Positions 48,479 to 59,103 of a stretch of 64,000 nucleotides of DNA are shown one piece after another. The notes beneath the pieces were generated by a model. The model was not told where the DNA came from and ran no database searches. It saw only the letters and a program-made list of their open reading frames with translations. Location of the stretch: positions 1 through 64,000 of the forward strand of contig JBOEGD010000022.1 in the NCBI GenBank assembly GCA_050633245.1, in the 5' to 3' direction. Within the stretch, counting starts at the first letter, position 1. Every line of letters begins with the position of its first letter. The stretch is from Calditrichia bacterium (lineage in GTDB: Bacteria > Calditrichota > Calditrichia > RBG-13-44-9 > J075). Made by a program: the position numbers and the translations under genes.

Positions 48479-48715
48479 AGACTGCTCCATTCTGACAATG
48501 CTCCAGTCTGGTTCGAAAACTCAAGGTTTGTCCGCTACTTCGCTGCCTCAGCGAGGTGTCAGTTCTTAAAAGTATTTAGGTCCATTAAATGGCGCTTTCT
48601 TGGGCTTTGCTGCAATCTTTCTCAAAAAGAGTTCAAAATATTGTCCAAACTTTCTAAGTAATAGTACCAACTTTTTTTGAATAGACTGCTCCATTCTGAC
48701 AATGCTCCAGTCTGG
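48479..48715. repeat. Exact 33-bp direct repeat (48479-48511 and 48683-48715)
   Basis: AGACTGCTCCATTCTGACAATGCTCCAGTCTGG twice, 171 bp apart. Confidence 0.85.
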
Positions 48716-48746
48716 CAGTAAAAATTACGATTTACCAAAATATCCA

Positions 48747-49343
48747 ATGCAAAAAAAACATCTACATAAATTCCGTTGTTTCGTAAATCAACTGATATCT
48801 CCAAGTGATGATGAATGGCAAGCCTTGGCCGAGTGTTTAGTGTATCAAGAGCTTCCCCGGAAGAGTTTTTTCTGTGAGCCGGGTGATATTGCAAATACAG
48901 TTGGATTCGTCGCGGAAGGCGCGTTCCGCAACTATGTCGTAAAAGATGGGGTTGAGATTGTCCGATACTTTATCTTTGAGAATGACTTTGTGTCTGAGTA
49001 TAAAAGTTTTTTAACGAAACAACCCTCGCAGGAATACATGCAGGTGATTGAGGATGCAAAATTACTGACCTTTACCGATAAAGATTTACAAGCGCTGTAT
49101 GATGCTTATCCGATATGGGAACGCTATGGGCGTTTAATTTCCGAGGGGCTATTTGTCTTGCTCTCTCAGCGTATCAATAACTTGCTTCTGGAATCTCCCG
49201 AGGAACGCTACTTGTCATTACTGCGAGAAACGCCTGAAGTCTTCCAGCGCGTTCCGCAATATATGATTGCTTCTTTTTTAGGCATGACACCTGAAACATT
49301 AAGCCGAATTCGGCGTCGAATTACTGAGGGAGAAATTTCTTGA
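48747..49343 (+). CDS. Crp/Fnr-family regulator
   Basis: VGFVAEGAFR; RVPQYMIASFLGMTPETLSRIR. Confidence 0.92.
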   Translation: MQKKHLHKFRCFVNQLISPSDDEWQALAECLVYQELPRKSFFCEPGDIANTVGFVAEGAFRNYVVKDGVEIVRYFIFENDFVSEYKSFLTKQPSQEYMQVIEDAKLLTFTDKDLQALYDAYPIWERYGRLISEGLFVLLSQRINNLLLESPEERYLSLLRETPEVFQRVPQYMIASFLGMTPETLSRIRRRITEGEIS

Positions 49344-49409
49344 TTTAAGTCAATGACTTTTTCCCGCCCTCATCTCTATTTTGATGCAAATCCAAGCAGG
49401 AGAATTCTC

Positions 49410-50285
49410 ATGACCCAGTTGGCTTATCGCCTTCGGCAACCTTTTCCGCTTTCTATCCAATTTTCCCGCAGCTTTCCAACAATCTTAGGATTTGGAACCT
49501 ATGTGGTTCTGTTTTTGTTCCTGTTCACACCATTTGGGATTGAGGAAAACGCAACGCTTCAAATTCAGTTGATAATGTTTGGCTATGGAATCGTTGTTAT
49601 GCTGGTTATGGGATTGAATTTCTATTGCCTTCCGGTTTTTTTTCCATCCATTTTTTCTGAAGAGCAATGGAGTTTAGGTAGAGAGTTAAGCTGGTTGGCT
49701 TGGAATACGATCACCTGTTGTGTTGGGGTGGGAATCTATGGCGTTGCAAGTGCTATTCCAGAATGCGAAACAACATTTCTCGAACGCTTTGGAGAGGGAT
49801 TGTTGCTAACGTCATTACCATTGTCAATATATTTACTTTGGTCATACAATGGTATGATTGGCAAGAAGCTGGCAACGATGCGCATGCAAAATCCGCAAAC
49901 TGTGACATTACAGGAAGAGCCAATCGCCTCTAAAAGTATCTCTTTGAGCTCTGAAAGTGAAAGCGAGCACCTTTCTCTACCGCTTAATGCACTACGCTTT
50001 GTAGAATCGCGTGACAACTATTGCCTGATCGTCTGGTGGGATGGGAAAAAGCTGCGAAAACAATTGCTTCGGTCAAGCCTGAAACGACTCGTCGATCAGA
50101 TAAAGCATCCTGAAGTTCGCCGTTGCCACCGATCATATCTTGTAAACCTTTCTCAGGTTGAAGACATTAGAGGCAACTCACGTGGCTATCGTCTCTATTT
50201 ACATAATTGTTCGGAAGAAGTGCCGGTGTCTCGCGAAAACGGTCGTGCAATTAAGGAGGTGCTGAAGTCCGAAGTAGCCGCCTGA
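49410..50285 (+). CDS. Membrane-bound LytTR regulator
   Basis: 4 TM helices, then FVESRDNY, LRSSLK, RCHRSYLVNL, VPVSR; AGGAG SD before ATG 49410. Confidence 0.9.
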   Translation: MTQLAYRLRQPFPLSIQFSRSFPTILGFGTYVVLFLFLFTPFGIEENATLQIQLIMFGYGIVVMLVMGLNFYCLPVFFPSIFSEEQWSLGRELSWLAWNTITCCVGVGIYGVASAIPECETTFLERFGEGLLLTSLPLSIYLLWSYNGMIGKKLATMRMQNPQTVTLQEEPIASKSISLSSESESEHLSLPLNALRFVESRDNYCLIVWWDGKKLRKQLLRSSLKRLVDQIKHPEVRRCHRSYLVNLSQVEDIRGNSRGYRLYLHNCSEEVPVSRENGRAIKEVLKSEVAA

Positions 50286-50459
50286 GCGCGTAAAAACGCG
50301 CTTTACCCTTCCCGTTTATCCCAGAATAGCACAACTTATCCCATAATTCCCCACGACTTGATTCTTTTTTCTATCTTCCGGCGTGCTGCTGAAAAGGCAG
50401 CCACTCACAATAGCTTAATACTCGACAAAACATGGCTTAAATATGTTCTGGAGGATGAA

Positions 50460-52748
50460 ATGAAAAAACAATTGTCGTATTTAATGGCCTTGCTCTTATT
50501 TCCAATACTTGCTTTTGCACAAACCGGCTCTATCCAGGGGAAAATAATGGATGGCTCCAGCCGGCAACCACTGGTTGCGGTCAATGTTACACTAGATGGT
50601 CAGGCAATGGGAACAGCCAGTGGCCCGGATGGCAGCTATGATATTGCAGATGTCTCGGTCGGAAGCTATACGCTGGTTGCAGAGTTCATCGGCTATGAAG
50701 CAGTTTATCAAACGGATGTTATTGTTCGGAAGAATCGGATTACGTTTGTCAATATCGATCTGTATGAAGCCGTAATCTCTGGAGAGGCTGTTACCATAAC
50801 CGGTGGTTATTTTCAAAAGAAAGAGCGCAGCCGTGTACTAACCTCACTTTCCAAAGAAGAAATACGTCGTTCACCAGGAACAGCCGGTGAAATTACCCGG
50901 GTATTAACGGCTCTACCCAGCGTAGCGTCACGCGGGGAAAACAGTCAAGATATCGTCGTCCGCGGCGGTAGCCCCATCGAAAATGGCTTCTATGTCGATA
51001 ATATTCCGATACCGCAAATTGCTCACTTCACAACAGCTTCAGGGTCTTCTAATGGCCCGGTAGGTATTCTGAATACCGATCTTATCGATAACGTCGATTT
51101 TTATAATGGTGGTTTCAGTTCGCGCTTCGGAGATCGCATGTCTGCGGTTATCGATGTGTCTTATCGCGAAGGAAACCGCGAGGTGACGGATGCTCAGTTT
51201 GATGTGAACTTTGTGGGGTTTGGCGGAGTGGTAGACGGTCCATTAGGGGGTGGAAAAGGATCTTGGTTAATCTCCGGCCGACGTAGCTATTTGGATATCA
51301 TTGCAGATGCAATTAACGCCGGAGGTGCACCGCGATTTGAAGATGTGCAGGGAAAACTGGTTTTCGATATCAGCCCGACCAATAAACTAACCTTCCTGAA
51401 TATCTTTGGAAATAATGCTTTCAATCAAGATCAAGAAGACTCGTTTGACGAAGGCTTTGACGAATATATTGAAGTATCTAATAAACAGAACACCTCCGGC
51501 GCAAATTGGTTTACGCTCTGGAATAAAAAGGCATGGTCAAATACCGCTGTTTCCTACACCTACAAAACGCATGACATCGACGTGAACAACACGGTTAGTG
51601 GTGATACGGAGTTTCAAAATGATTTTGTGGAAAGTACGACAACAGTTCGGCATACGACGTTTCTGCAGCCCGTCGGGCAGTTGGATCTGGAAGTTGGATT
51701 AGACTATTCTTTTGAAGACGGTACGTATGACTACAGACGTCTTGTAGCAGACACCAGCTTGGGCGGTATTGGCAGACCCATTGAAAATCGGCTCGATCAA
51801 TCTGTCTCCGGTAGCAAGTTTGGTGGGTTTTTAAATGCTACTTTTCAACCGGTAAAGCCGCTAAGTATTTCGCTGGGAATACGTGGTGACTATAGTTCAT
51901 ACAATGAAGCCTCGACTGTCTCTCCACGTCTTTCAGCCTCCTGGCAAGCAACTTCTCGGCTCGCGTTTAATGCTTCGTACGGCGTGTTTCATCAAGGACT
52001 TCAAAGATTCTTGCTCTCTCAAGACGAAGAGTTCGAGGCGCTGGATGATATGAAGTCGACGCATTATGTTGCCGGACTGGAGTATCTGCTAACGGCTGAT
52101 ACGCGTTTGACGATTGAGGTCTTTAATAAAGACTATGAGAACATTCCGCAGGCTGAAGCAGCAACGTCTCCGGTTGGACCGGTCTATATCCCGGACTGGC
52201 GTTTTGGTGAAACGAATTGGGGGCCGCTAAACAGCAATGGCGAAGGCTACTCGCGTGGTGTTGAGGTTTTAGTACAGAAAAAGTTGGCGGAGAAGTTCTA
52301 TGGTATCGTAAGCGGAAGTTTCTTTCGTAGTCGCTATACCGATTTCAATGGGGTTGAACGCAGCCGTGATTATGACAATAAATATTTGTTTAATGTGATC
52401 GGGGGTTATAAGCCGAACAACAAGTGGGAATTCTCCGTGCGCTGGACATATTTAGGAGAGCGGCCTTATACTGAAATCAATGAGGCGGCATCGGTTCAAA
52501 CGCAGTCGCAGCGGCTTTTTGTCGATCGCACCAACGAAGCGACACTTCCGGCGTATCACTCGCTGTTCTTTCGCTCAGATCGTCGCTTTAATGTAAAAGG
52601 TTCAACGTTGATTGCCTATCTAAGCGTTTGGAATGCCTACAACCGTGAGAATGTTGATGCGTTTGTTTGGAGTAATCTGGAGCAGCGTATTCTGAAGGAA
52701 ACGCAATTTTCACTGCTGCCAATTTTTGGCATCGAATACGAATTTTAG
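50460..52748 (+). CDS. TonB-dependent receptor with an N-terminal carboxypeptidase-regulatory-like domain
   Basis: Signal peptide, VRGGSPIENGFYVD plug motif, GGFSSRFGDRMSAV, C-terminal YEF. Confidence 0.92.
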   Translation: MKKQLSYLMALLLFPILAFAQTGSIQGKIMDGSSRQPLVAVNVTLDGQAMGTASGPDGSYDIADVSVGSYTLVAEFIGYEAVYQTDVIVRKNRITFVNIDLYEAVISGEAVTITGGYFQKKERSRVLTSLSKEEIRRSPGTAGEITRVLTALPSVASRGENSQDIVVRGGSPIENGFYVDNIPIPQIAHFTTASGSSNGPVGILNTDLIDNVDFYNGGFSSRFGDRMSAVIDVSYREGNREVTDAQFDVNFVGFGGVVDGPLGGGKGSWLISGRRSYLDIIADAINAGGAPRFEDVQGKLVFDISPTNKLTFLNIFGNNAFNQDQEDSFDEGFDEYIEVSNKQNTSGANWFTLWNKKAWSNTAVSYTYKTHDIDVNNTVSGDTEFQNDFVESTTTVRHTTFLQPVGQLDLEVGLDYSFEDGTYDYRRLVADTSLGGIGRPIENRLDQSVSGSKFGGFLNATFQPVKPLSISLGIRGDYSSYNEASTVSPRLSASWQATSRLAFNASYGVFHQGLQRFLLSQDEEFEALDDMKSTHYVAGLEYLLTADTRLTIEVFNKDYENIPQAEAATSPVGPVYIPDWRFGETNWGPLNSNGEGYSRGVEVLVQKKLAEKFYGIVSGSFFRSRYTDFNGVERSRDYDNKYLFNVIGGYKPNNKWEFSVRWTYLGERPYTEINEAASVQTQSQRLFVDRTNEATLPAYHSLFFRSDRRFNVKGSTLIAYLSVWNAYNRENVDAFVWSNLEQRILKETQFSLLPIFGIEYEF

Positions 52749-52812
52749 GCCTTCCCCCAAAAAAGCCTTCGCTACTCATATTTTTTGCAGCACGATTGGA
52801 GCGGCGAGGGCT

Positions 52813-53535
52813 TTAACTAAACGGATGCTCTCTGGCACGTTTGTAGAGAATCTCCCGTCGTACATCCGGCGAGGGTTGCGTATAAATCATTTTGAATAGG
52901 AGTGTAATCAGAAGACCTGCAGCGAACCCACCGATATGGGCAAAGAAGGCCACTCCTCCACTTCCGGCGACTCCAAGGCTACTGAAGCCACTGAAAATTT
53001 GAATTCCGAACCAAAGTGCAAGCATTACCCAGGCCGGCCACTCGCCCCAGAGTGGAATAACTACCAGCACAATAATCCCTTTTACCCTCACCCCGGGGAA
53101 GAGAACCAAATAACTACCCAAGATGCCGGCAATGGCTCCGCTGGCACCAACCATTGGAATAGTTGAAGTAGGATCAATAATGACTTGTGCATAAACAGCC
53201 GCAATGCCACAGGCAAAATACAAGACCAGATAGCCGATTACTCCAAATCGATCTTCAACGTTATCGCCGAATATCCATAAGTAGAGCATGTTCCCGCCCA
53301 GGTGCATTAGCCCACCGTGAAAAAACATGCTGCGTACGATATCCAGAAAAGTCTCCATTGATAACGGAGCTGCAGAAATGTTCGCCGGCACTACAGAGTA
53401 TACTTGAAACAGATGATTTACCTCTTCGGGAGACAGTGAACCCGTCCAGAAATAAATGGCAATATTTATCAACAGCAATGTGTAGGTTGCAATTGGTGTT
53501 CGTCGCGTTGGGTTCATGTCCTTGAATGGAAGCAC
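52813..53535 (-). CDS. Rhomboid intramembrane serine protease
   Basis: SMFFHGGLMHLGGNM, VGASGA, AHIGG. Confidence 0.95.
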   Translation of the reverse strand: MLPFKDMNPTRRTPIATYTLLLINIAIYFWTGSLSPEEVNHLFQVYSVVPANISAAPLSMETFLDIVRSMFFHGGLMHLGGNMLYLWIFGDNVEDRFGVIGYLVLYFACGIAAVYAQVIIDPTSTIPMVGASGAIAGILGSYLVLFPGVRVKGIIVLVVIPLWGEWPAWVMLALWFGIQIFSGFSSLGVAGSGGVAFFAHIGGFAAGLLITLLFKMIYTQPSPDVRREILYKRAREHPFS

Positions 53536-53740
53536 AAGTGATCCTTTCGGTAGTATTCAAACAATGTGAGTAACTCTGTTCGATGTCCGTCAATGTAAGC
53601 GAAACGCTGCAATATGCCAAGAGATTCTGAGGCATTGCGAATGAGAATCTGTAAGACAAGATGTTGATTTTGTATATTATCTGCTGCATAATGTAGCATA
53701 CATCTTACCCTTTCAAATAATGAACCACTCGGAGAGCTTT

Positions 53741-54757
53741 ATGAAATATATTGTATCAATACTGTTGGCATCCTTGTTCGTTAGTCAGCCAATTTTTTCA
53801 CAAGACACGTTTTCCATCGTTGCTGTAGATACCATCACTGGTGAAGTGGGCAGTGCAGGCGCCTCTTGCGTTGCCGGCTCGATAATTCTAAGTGATGTGC
53901 ATCCCGGAGTAGGGGTTGTGCATACCCAGTCGTTTTATCTGTCGTCTAACCAGCAATACGGCAGACAGCTGATGAATCAGGGGTTTCCGCCGCAGCAGAT
54001 TGTCGATTCGCTGGTGGCAAATGATGCGCAAAATAATCCAACCCGCAGACAGTATGGCGTGGTTGATTTAATCGACAATGGGCGTAGTGCAGCATATACC
54101 GGCGTAAACTGTTTCGATTGGAAGGGCCAGACGCTCGGACAGACGTATGCGATTCAGGGAAATATTCTTTCCGGCCCGGAAGTCTTGGACTCAATGGAAA
54201 CACGTTTTCTGGCCACCTCTGGAGATCTCGCCGAAAAGTTGATGGCCGCCTTACAGGGCGCAAACTTTGCTGGTGCTGATGTGCGCTGTTTGGGGGCTGG
54301 AACCTCGTCAATCTCAGCGTTTATTCGAGTAGCTAAACCCAATGATATGCCAGGCAAATTCCATCTGGATCTGAATGTAAACAGCACGGCAACCGGTGTA
54401 GAACCTATCGATTCACTGCAAGTGCTGTTTAATAGCTGGCGAGGACCTACCGGTGTAGAACCCGTAGCAACCCGACAAATTGAGACCTTTCAGCTAGAAC
54501 AAAACTATCCGAATCCGTTTAATCCGGAGACGACTATTCGCTATCAGCTGAACCGTCGTTCGAATATTAGTCTAAAGGTTTTCACGCTGTTGGGACAGGA
54601 AGTTGCAACGCTGGTGGCAGAACAACAGACAGTAGGCAGCTATTCTGTTAAATGGGATGGCACGACCTATGAGGGCAATGCAGCTGCGGGGGTCTATTTG
54701 TATCGCCTGCGCGTTGGTACTGAGGCTGTTACAAGACAAATGATTTTGGCAAAATAA
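53741..54757 (+). CDS. Secreted DUF1028 (Ntn-hydrolase-like) protein with a C-terminal sorting domain
   Basis: TFSIVAVD, RQYGVVD, AYTG, QGNIL; QNYPNPFNPET. Confidence 0.88.
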   Translation: MKYIVSILLASLFVSQPIFSQDTFSIVAVDTITGEVGSAGASCVAGSIILSDVHPGVGVVHTQSFYLSSNQQYGRQLMNQGFPPQQIVDSLVANDAQNNPTRRQYGVVDLIDNGRSAAYTGVNCFDWKGQTLGQTYAIQGNILSGPEVLDSMETRFLATSGDLAEKLMAALQGANFAGADVRCLGAGTSSISAFIRVAKPNDMPGKFHLDLNVNSTATGVEPIDSLQVLFNSWRGPTGVEPVATRQIETFQLEQNYPNPFNPETTIRYQLNRRSNISLKVFTLLGQEVATLVAEQQTVGSYSVKWDGTTYEGNAAAGVYLYRLRVGTEAVTRQMILAK

Positions 54758-54760
54758 GGG

Positions 54761-54793
54761 AAACTGGAGCAGTTTTCAAAACTGCTCCAGTTT
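54761..54793. terminator. Hairpin between convergent genes
   Basis: AAACTGGAGCAGTTTT-c-AAAACTGCTCCAGTTT. Confidence 0.7.
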
Positions 54794-54797
54794 TGTG

Positions 54798-56060
54798 CTA
54801 TCCCTTTAAAAGCTGGAGCGGCTTGCCGTTCCAGCCGGGAAAAAGAGCAGCCTGATTTTTAACGCGTAAATGCTTAACGGCAACCTCGGTAAATAACGAG
54901 CGAAAGTCTATCTGAACAGGCAGGTCGCGGCCATCTTCAAGTGCATCTACATCTAGTTCCGGAATACCGCCGTAAATTTGCCCGCCCTCGACATTGTTGC
55001 CCAATACAAACATGCAGGATGCGCGGCCGTGGTCGGTTCCCACACTACCATTCTCCGCAACGGTGCGGCCGAATTCCGTCATTGTCATGAGCGTTACATT
55101 GTCCTGATAAACGCCAAGATCAGTCCAGAAGGCGTTTATACAGTCAGCTAGATCGTCTGCTCTTCTTGCGAAGGAACCGGTTGCCGTTCCCTGACGCACA
55201 TGCGTATCCCACCCATTACTCTCGGCAAAAGCGACTTCAAGACCGACATCTGCTTTTACAAGAATTGCTATCTGCTTTAGATTCTTTCCAAGTGGAGACG
55301 TTGGGTATTTAGCACCATTGGCTGGCTTATAACCGTTTATCTCAATATCTGATATGGTGCGTATGGCATCGAAGCTGTCCTTGCCGCTTTCTTTTAGCAA
55401 GTCCTGTGTTGTCTGGCGATACAGCTCTTCGATGCTCTTACCGGCACTTTGCACCACTGCTCTTGCTTGTCTGCCGGAAAGCTTGAAATCGTTTAAGTCT
55501 GTTAAGGCAATTGCCGCATTATTGCCATAAAGCGCTCGCGGCATTGCGGGCGTCATTGAAACGGCCTGAAAAGGAGTTGCTTCATGCCCCATCAAACCAA
55601 TGGCCCGATTGAGCCAACCACTGGAAGTCCCTTTGTCTCCAGGTGTACCCGTCTCCATATAGTCCTGAGCGTCAAAATGAGAGCGGGTGTTATTTGGTGA
55701 TCCGATGCCGTGAACAATAGCCAGCCGCTCTTCATCGTAGAAGCGCTTAAGCGAAGCGAATGACGGATGCAGTCCAAAATTACCATCCAGTTCCAAGAGG
55801 CGACGCTCCGCAGACTTCGCTGCTGTCATTCCAAGATTGGGGCGCAGTTTCAGCAATCGCGGATCATTCAGTGGCGAGACGGCCATCAGGCCATCCATTG
55901 CACCACGCTGGAAAATTGTAACCAGAGTATTGCGACGACGATAGCCGCTCAAATTTTCGGCAGCCTGGGCAGTACGAGATAAGAATAGCGGCGTTCCACC
56001 GACAGAAAGTGAAAAAAGCGCCAAGCCTCCGGCTTTTAGAAATGCGCGTCTTGAGATCAT
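54798..56060 (-). CDS. DUF1501-family Tat-exported protein
   Basis: SRRAFLK, FQRGAMDGL, RSHFDAQ, GWDTH, TEFGRT, GTDHG. Confidence 0.92.
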   Translation of the reverse strand: MISRRAFLKAGGLALFSLSVGGTPLFLSRTAQAAENLSGYRRRNTLVTIFQRGAMDGLMAVSPLNDPRLLKLRPNLGMTAAKSAERRLLELDGNFGLHPSFASLKRFYDEERLAIVHGIGSPNNTRSHFDAQDYMETGTPGDKGTSSGWLNRAIGLMGHEATPFQAVSMTPAMPRALYGNNAAIALTDLNDFKLSGRQARAVVQSAGKSIEELYRQTTQDLLKESGKDSFDAIRTISDIEINGYKPANGAKYPTSPLGKNLKQIAILVKADVGLEVAFAESNGWDTHVRQGTATGSFARRADDLADCINAFWTDLGVYQDNVTLMTMTEFGRTVAENGSVGTDHGRASCMFVLGNNVEGGQIYGGIPELDVDALEDGRDLPVQIDFRSLFTEVAVKHLRVKNQAALFPGWNGKPLQLLKG

Positions 56061-56154
56061 TGCCTATCCTTTCAACGAATACTTTTATTGCCTGAAACGA
56101 AATTTATTCCGTGGTTGATCGCGAGCGAATAAATCTCCTCGCGGAACTATGTGT

Positions 56155-58068
56155 TTATCTGCGCTGAAACTCAGGCGAACCGAGCAGAATACCAACGACC
56201 TGAGCCAAATTTACTTCAGCATTCGTTCGCGTCAAATTTAAGTCCTCCGGATTCTCTTCCAGCAGATCTTTAGCGACAGCAGTCTTTTTCTCAAGCGCTT
56301 TTGATACTTTCTTGTCAATTAGCGGGTCGTAAATCAGCGGAAGCAATATGTCGATCGTTTCGCTTAGGTCACGCTCCGGTAGCAGAAGGTTTGCATAGGT
56401 TGTCAGGGCGGCTTCTGCTGATTCTGGCTCGTGGTGATTATTCAACTTAGACAAGTCTATTTTAATGCCCTTTATGCGATTGTCCGCTAATGAGAGACCA
56501 AATTTCATACGGTTTAGTAAAGATCCGGTGTTAATCCATGCCTCAGCTCGATCAGGGTAACCGGATGGTGCCTGATAACCATATACATTTTGGCCCATTC
56601 TGAAAATCCACTGCTGTACTTGTCTTGGATTGTTCATTTTAGCATCTACAGCACGCAGCGAGCTGACCACCAGTTCGAATGGTGATTTTATTTTGGAGCG
56701 ATGACTCTGCCAAAACTCCGGAGACTCGATAAGCGTTTGCATGACGCTGCGAATGTTTCCATTGCTGCTTAAAAAGCTTTTGGCCATTCGTTTTACTACG
56801 CTCTCGGGTGGAGAATCATCGATAAAACGTGCTGCGAGTTTGCGAGAAATATGGCTCGCTGTGGACGGATGTGCAGCTAGCATTCGCAGCAACTCTTCAC
56901 CCTCTTCAAGGCCACGCCCAGCCGGGAAATGCTTTCCGAGTGCCTTCTTGGCATAGGCATCATGATGATCTCCACGAAAGTAAAAATCGCCTTGCCGCAC
57001 AAAACCAAGTCGACGATTATGAGCCAAACGCTTTTTAATCTTCTCTGCCGAACCTTTCTCATGGAAGATATTCCAGCCGGTGAAGATGCGTGCAATCTCT
57101 GTAATGTCCTTCTGCGTATAACCGCCATCAACACCCATTGTATGTAGTTCTAAAAGCTCTCGTGCATAATTTTCATTGATGCCGCGAAATTTGCTGCGCT
57201 TTCCCTTGCGCCTATTCTCTTGTAGAAGCCGACGCTTCTTGCGGCGACGCTCGATAATCTCATTTTCCGGTCGTTTATTAAAACGCATTTCTTCTTCCGA
57301 TTTTATATCGCTAAGCGTTTGAACGGTGTCGGGGGCAAAGGAACGAATATTGTCGAGGTAAAAAAGCATAGCCGGGTGCTTGGCTGTTGCCATAAGCATG
57401 TCAGAAAAGCTACCGAGCACAAATGGCCGAATTGTATCACGTTCGAAGGTTGGCACAAATGGCCGCACTTCGCCATCTAATGTCGACACAGAAAAATGAT
57501 TGAACCAGAAGTCTACCAGCATTTCCCGCAGTTGGTTGTCGCTTGAAGTAGCCAAATAGAGTTTATGAGCCTGAGCGAGTTTTATTAATCCGGATCGGCG
57601 TTTCAGATTGTTCTTCTCATAGTAGGAATCGAGAATCTTCTTTTGTTTTGTATATGGAAGGGTTTGAAAGTTCTTTGGAAGATAACCTTCTTTCCCGGCA
57701 TTTTGTTTTACCTGACCATGATGCGGATGCATATCGAATATTTCTCGCGTTGTTAATGGTAGATAATAAACTTTCTTAAGATCTTTAGCCAATCGCTCAT
57801 CGCTAAACGCGCCGTCCAGCTGCATTTGCACCCATTTATCGATACCAAAATCCACCATTTTATCAACATCACCGGGACCGCCGCCAAAGGCCAATCGGTT
57901 GAGTAGATGAGCTGCTGCCTGTCTATCCGTCAGCCCCGCCTTTTTATATGGCAGTTTCATTTTAGCCGCCTTGCGTTGCTGCGGCTGTTCACTGTGGCCA
58001 TCGGCACATGCAGTCACCATTAGTGCCAGAAGAAGGAGTAGTGTTGTTAACCGTTGTTGTGTCGTCAT
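56155..58068 (-). CDS. DUF1800-family lipoprotein
   Basis: HLLNRLAFG, FWFNHF, PAMLFYLDN, NENYARELLELHT, SPEFQRR. Confidence 0.92.
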   Translation of the reverse strand: MTTQQRLTTLLLLLALMVTACADGHSEQPQQRKAAKMKLPYKKAGLTDRQAAAHLLNRLAFGGGPGDVDKMVDFGIDKWVQMQLDGAFSDERLAKDLKKVYYLPLTTREIFDMHPHHGQVKQNAGKEGYLPKNFQTLPYTKQKKILDSYYEKNNLKRRSGLIKLAQAHKLYLATSSDNQLREMLVDFWFNHFSVSTLDGEVRPFVPTFERDTIRPFVLGSFSDMLMATAKHPAMLFYLDNIRSFAPDTVQTLSDIKSEEEMRFNKRPENEIIERRRKKRRLLQENRRKGKRSKFRGINENYARELLELHTMGVDGGYTQKDITEIARIFTGWNIFHEKGSAEKIKKRLAHNRRLGFVRQGDFYFRGDHHDAYAKKALGKHFPAGRGLEEGEELLRMLAAHPSTASHISRKLAARFIDDSPPESVVKRMAKSFLSSNGNIRSVMQTLIESPEFWQSHRSKIKSPFELVVSSLRAVDAKMNNPRQVQQWIFRMGQNVYGYQAPSGYPDRAEAWINTGSLLNRMKFGLSLADNRIKGIKIDLSKLNNHHEPESAEAALTTYANLLLPERDLSETIDILLPLIYDPLIDKKVSKALEKKTAVAKDLLEENPEDLNLTRTNAEVNLAQVVGILLGSPEFQRR

Positions 58069-58103
58069 CTCTAATTGCTTTTCTGTTTCATAGCGGGTAA
58101 CTT

Positions 58104-58120
58104 AACAAGTTGTATGCCAA
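58104..58120 (-). promoter_or_regulatory. Putative sigma-54 promoter of DUF1800/DUF1501
   Basis: TTGGCATACAACTTGT (GG-N10-GT), with TGT-N10-ACA near 58172-58187. Confidence 0.5.
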
Positions 58121-58234
58121 AGAAGCATATTAACTAAAATCGCGATTTTCAATAGAAAAAACCGTGATATGTGTCCGGTATAGTACAAACATCTGTACAC
58201 AAGTCGGAAACGCGATACCCTGGTTTCGAACGTA

Positions 58235-58321
58235 AATCATAACTCATCAATCGTAACTCATCAGTCATAACTCATCAATCATAACTCATCAGTCATAACT
58301 CATCAATCATAACTCATCAAT
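58235..58321. repeat. 14-bp tandem repeat A(A/G)TCATAACTCATC x6
   Basis: Directly visible; ends 4 nt before the TrmH ATG. Confidence 0.9.
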
Positions 58322-58325
58322 TTCT

Positions 58326-59102
58326 ATGTCTACCTGGAAAAGCTACATCATCTTACATAAGAAGCGACATCGTCGGGAAATCGGCCTGATGCTCGTTGAA
58401 GGCGCTCGTTTGTGTAGAGAAGCAATAACCTCTGCTATGGAATGTGAAGAGATATTCGTAACTGAATCTTTTCAGGAGAGCGATGAATGGAAGACAATCG
58501 AGACACTTGCCTGGAAGCGTCAGATAGAATGCAGGGTTATCGATGAAAAAAGTCTGAAGCGGCTGGCGGAGACCGAAAGCCCTCAGGGCATAATATTAAT
58601 TGCTCATATTCCTAAAAATGACCTGAGCACGCTTTCTGTTGCGCCGGATTCTATCTTTTTGGTATTAGATAGTGTTCGTGACCCGGGGAATGTTGGTACG
58701 CTGATTCGCACTGCAGACTGGTTCAATGCTGCTGGAGTATTGCTTGCCGATAGCGTAGATCCCTGGAGCGGCAAGGTCCTGCGTTCATCAATGGGGTCGG
58801 CTTTTCGTCTGCCCGTTATAGAGACGGATATCGCCGAGGCATTAACCTGGCTGTCGCAAAATAAAATTGACTGTATAGCGAGTACTTTGGAAGCAAAAGA
58901 AAACCTCGATACTGCAAAATTCAATAAGCCCACAGCATTATTGCTTGGCAGCGAGGCGCATGGTCTCTCTGCCGCCACAGTCGATAAGGCAAATCGAACC
59001 ATGAAAATTGCTGGATTTGGTGGAGCTGAATCCTTAAATGTTGCTGTCGCAGGCGGCATATTCCTCGAAAAAATTGCTCGTACCCTCGGAAAGGACTCCT
59101 GA
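58326..59102 (+). CDS. TrmH/SpoU-family RNA methyltransferase
   Basis: LDSVRDPGNVGTLIRTA, LGSEAHGL, ESLNVAVA. Confidence 0.95.
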   Translation: MSTWKSYIILHKKRHRREIGLMLVEGARLCREAITSAMECEEIFVTESFQESDEWKTIETLAWKRQIECRVIDEKSLKRLAETESPQGIILIAHIPKNDLSTLSVAPDSIFLVLDSVRDPGNVGTLIRTADWFNAAGVLLADSVDPWSGKVLRSSMGSAFRLPVIETDIAEALTWLSQNKIDCIASTLEAKENLDTAKFNKPTALLLGSEAHGLSAATVDKANRTMKIAGFGGAESLNVAVAGGIFLEKIARTLGKDS

Positions 59103-59103
59103 T

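Noticed and set aside
48479-48715. Mini-CRISPR from the 33-bp repeat
   Set aside because: Only two copies, with a 171-bp spacer.
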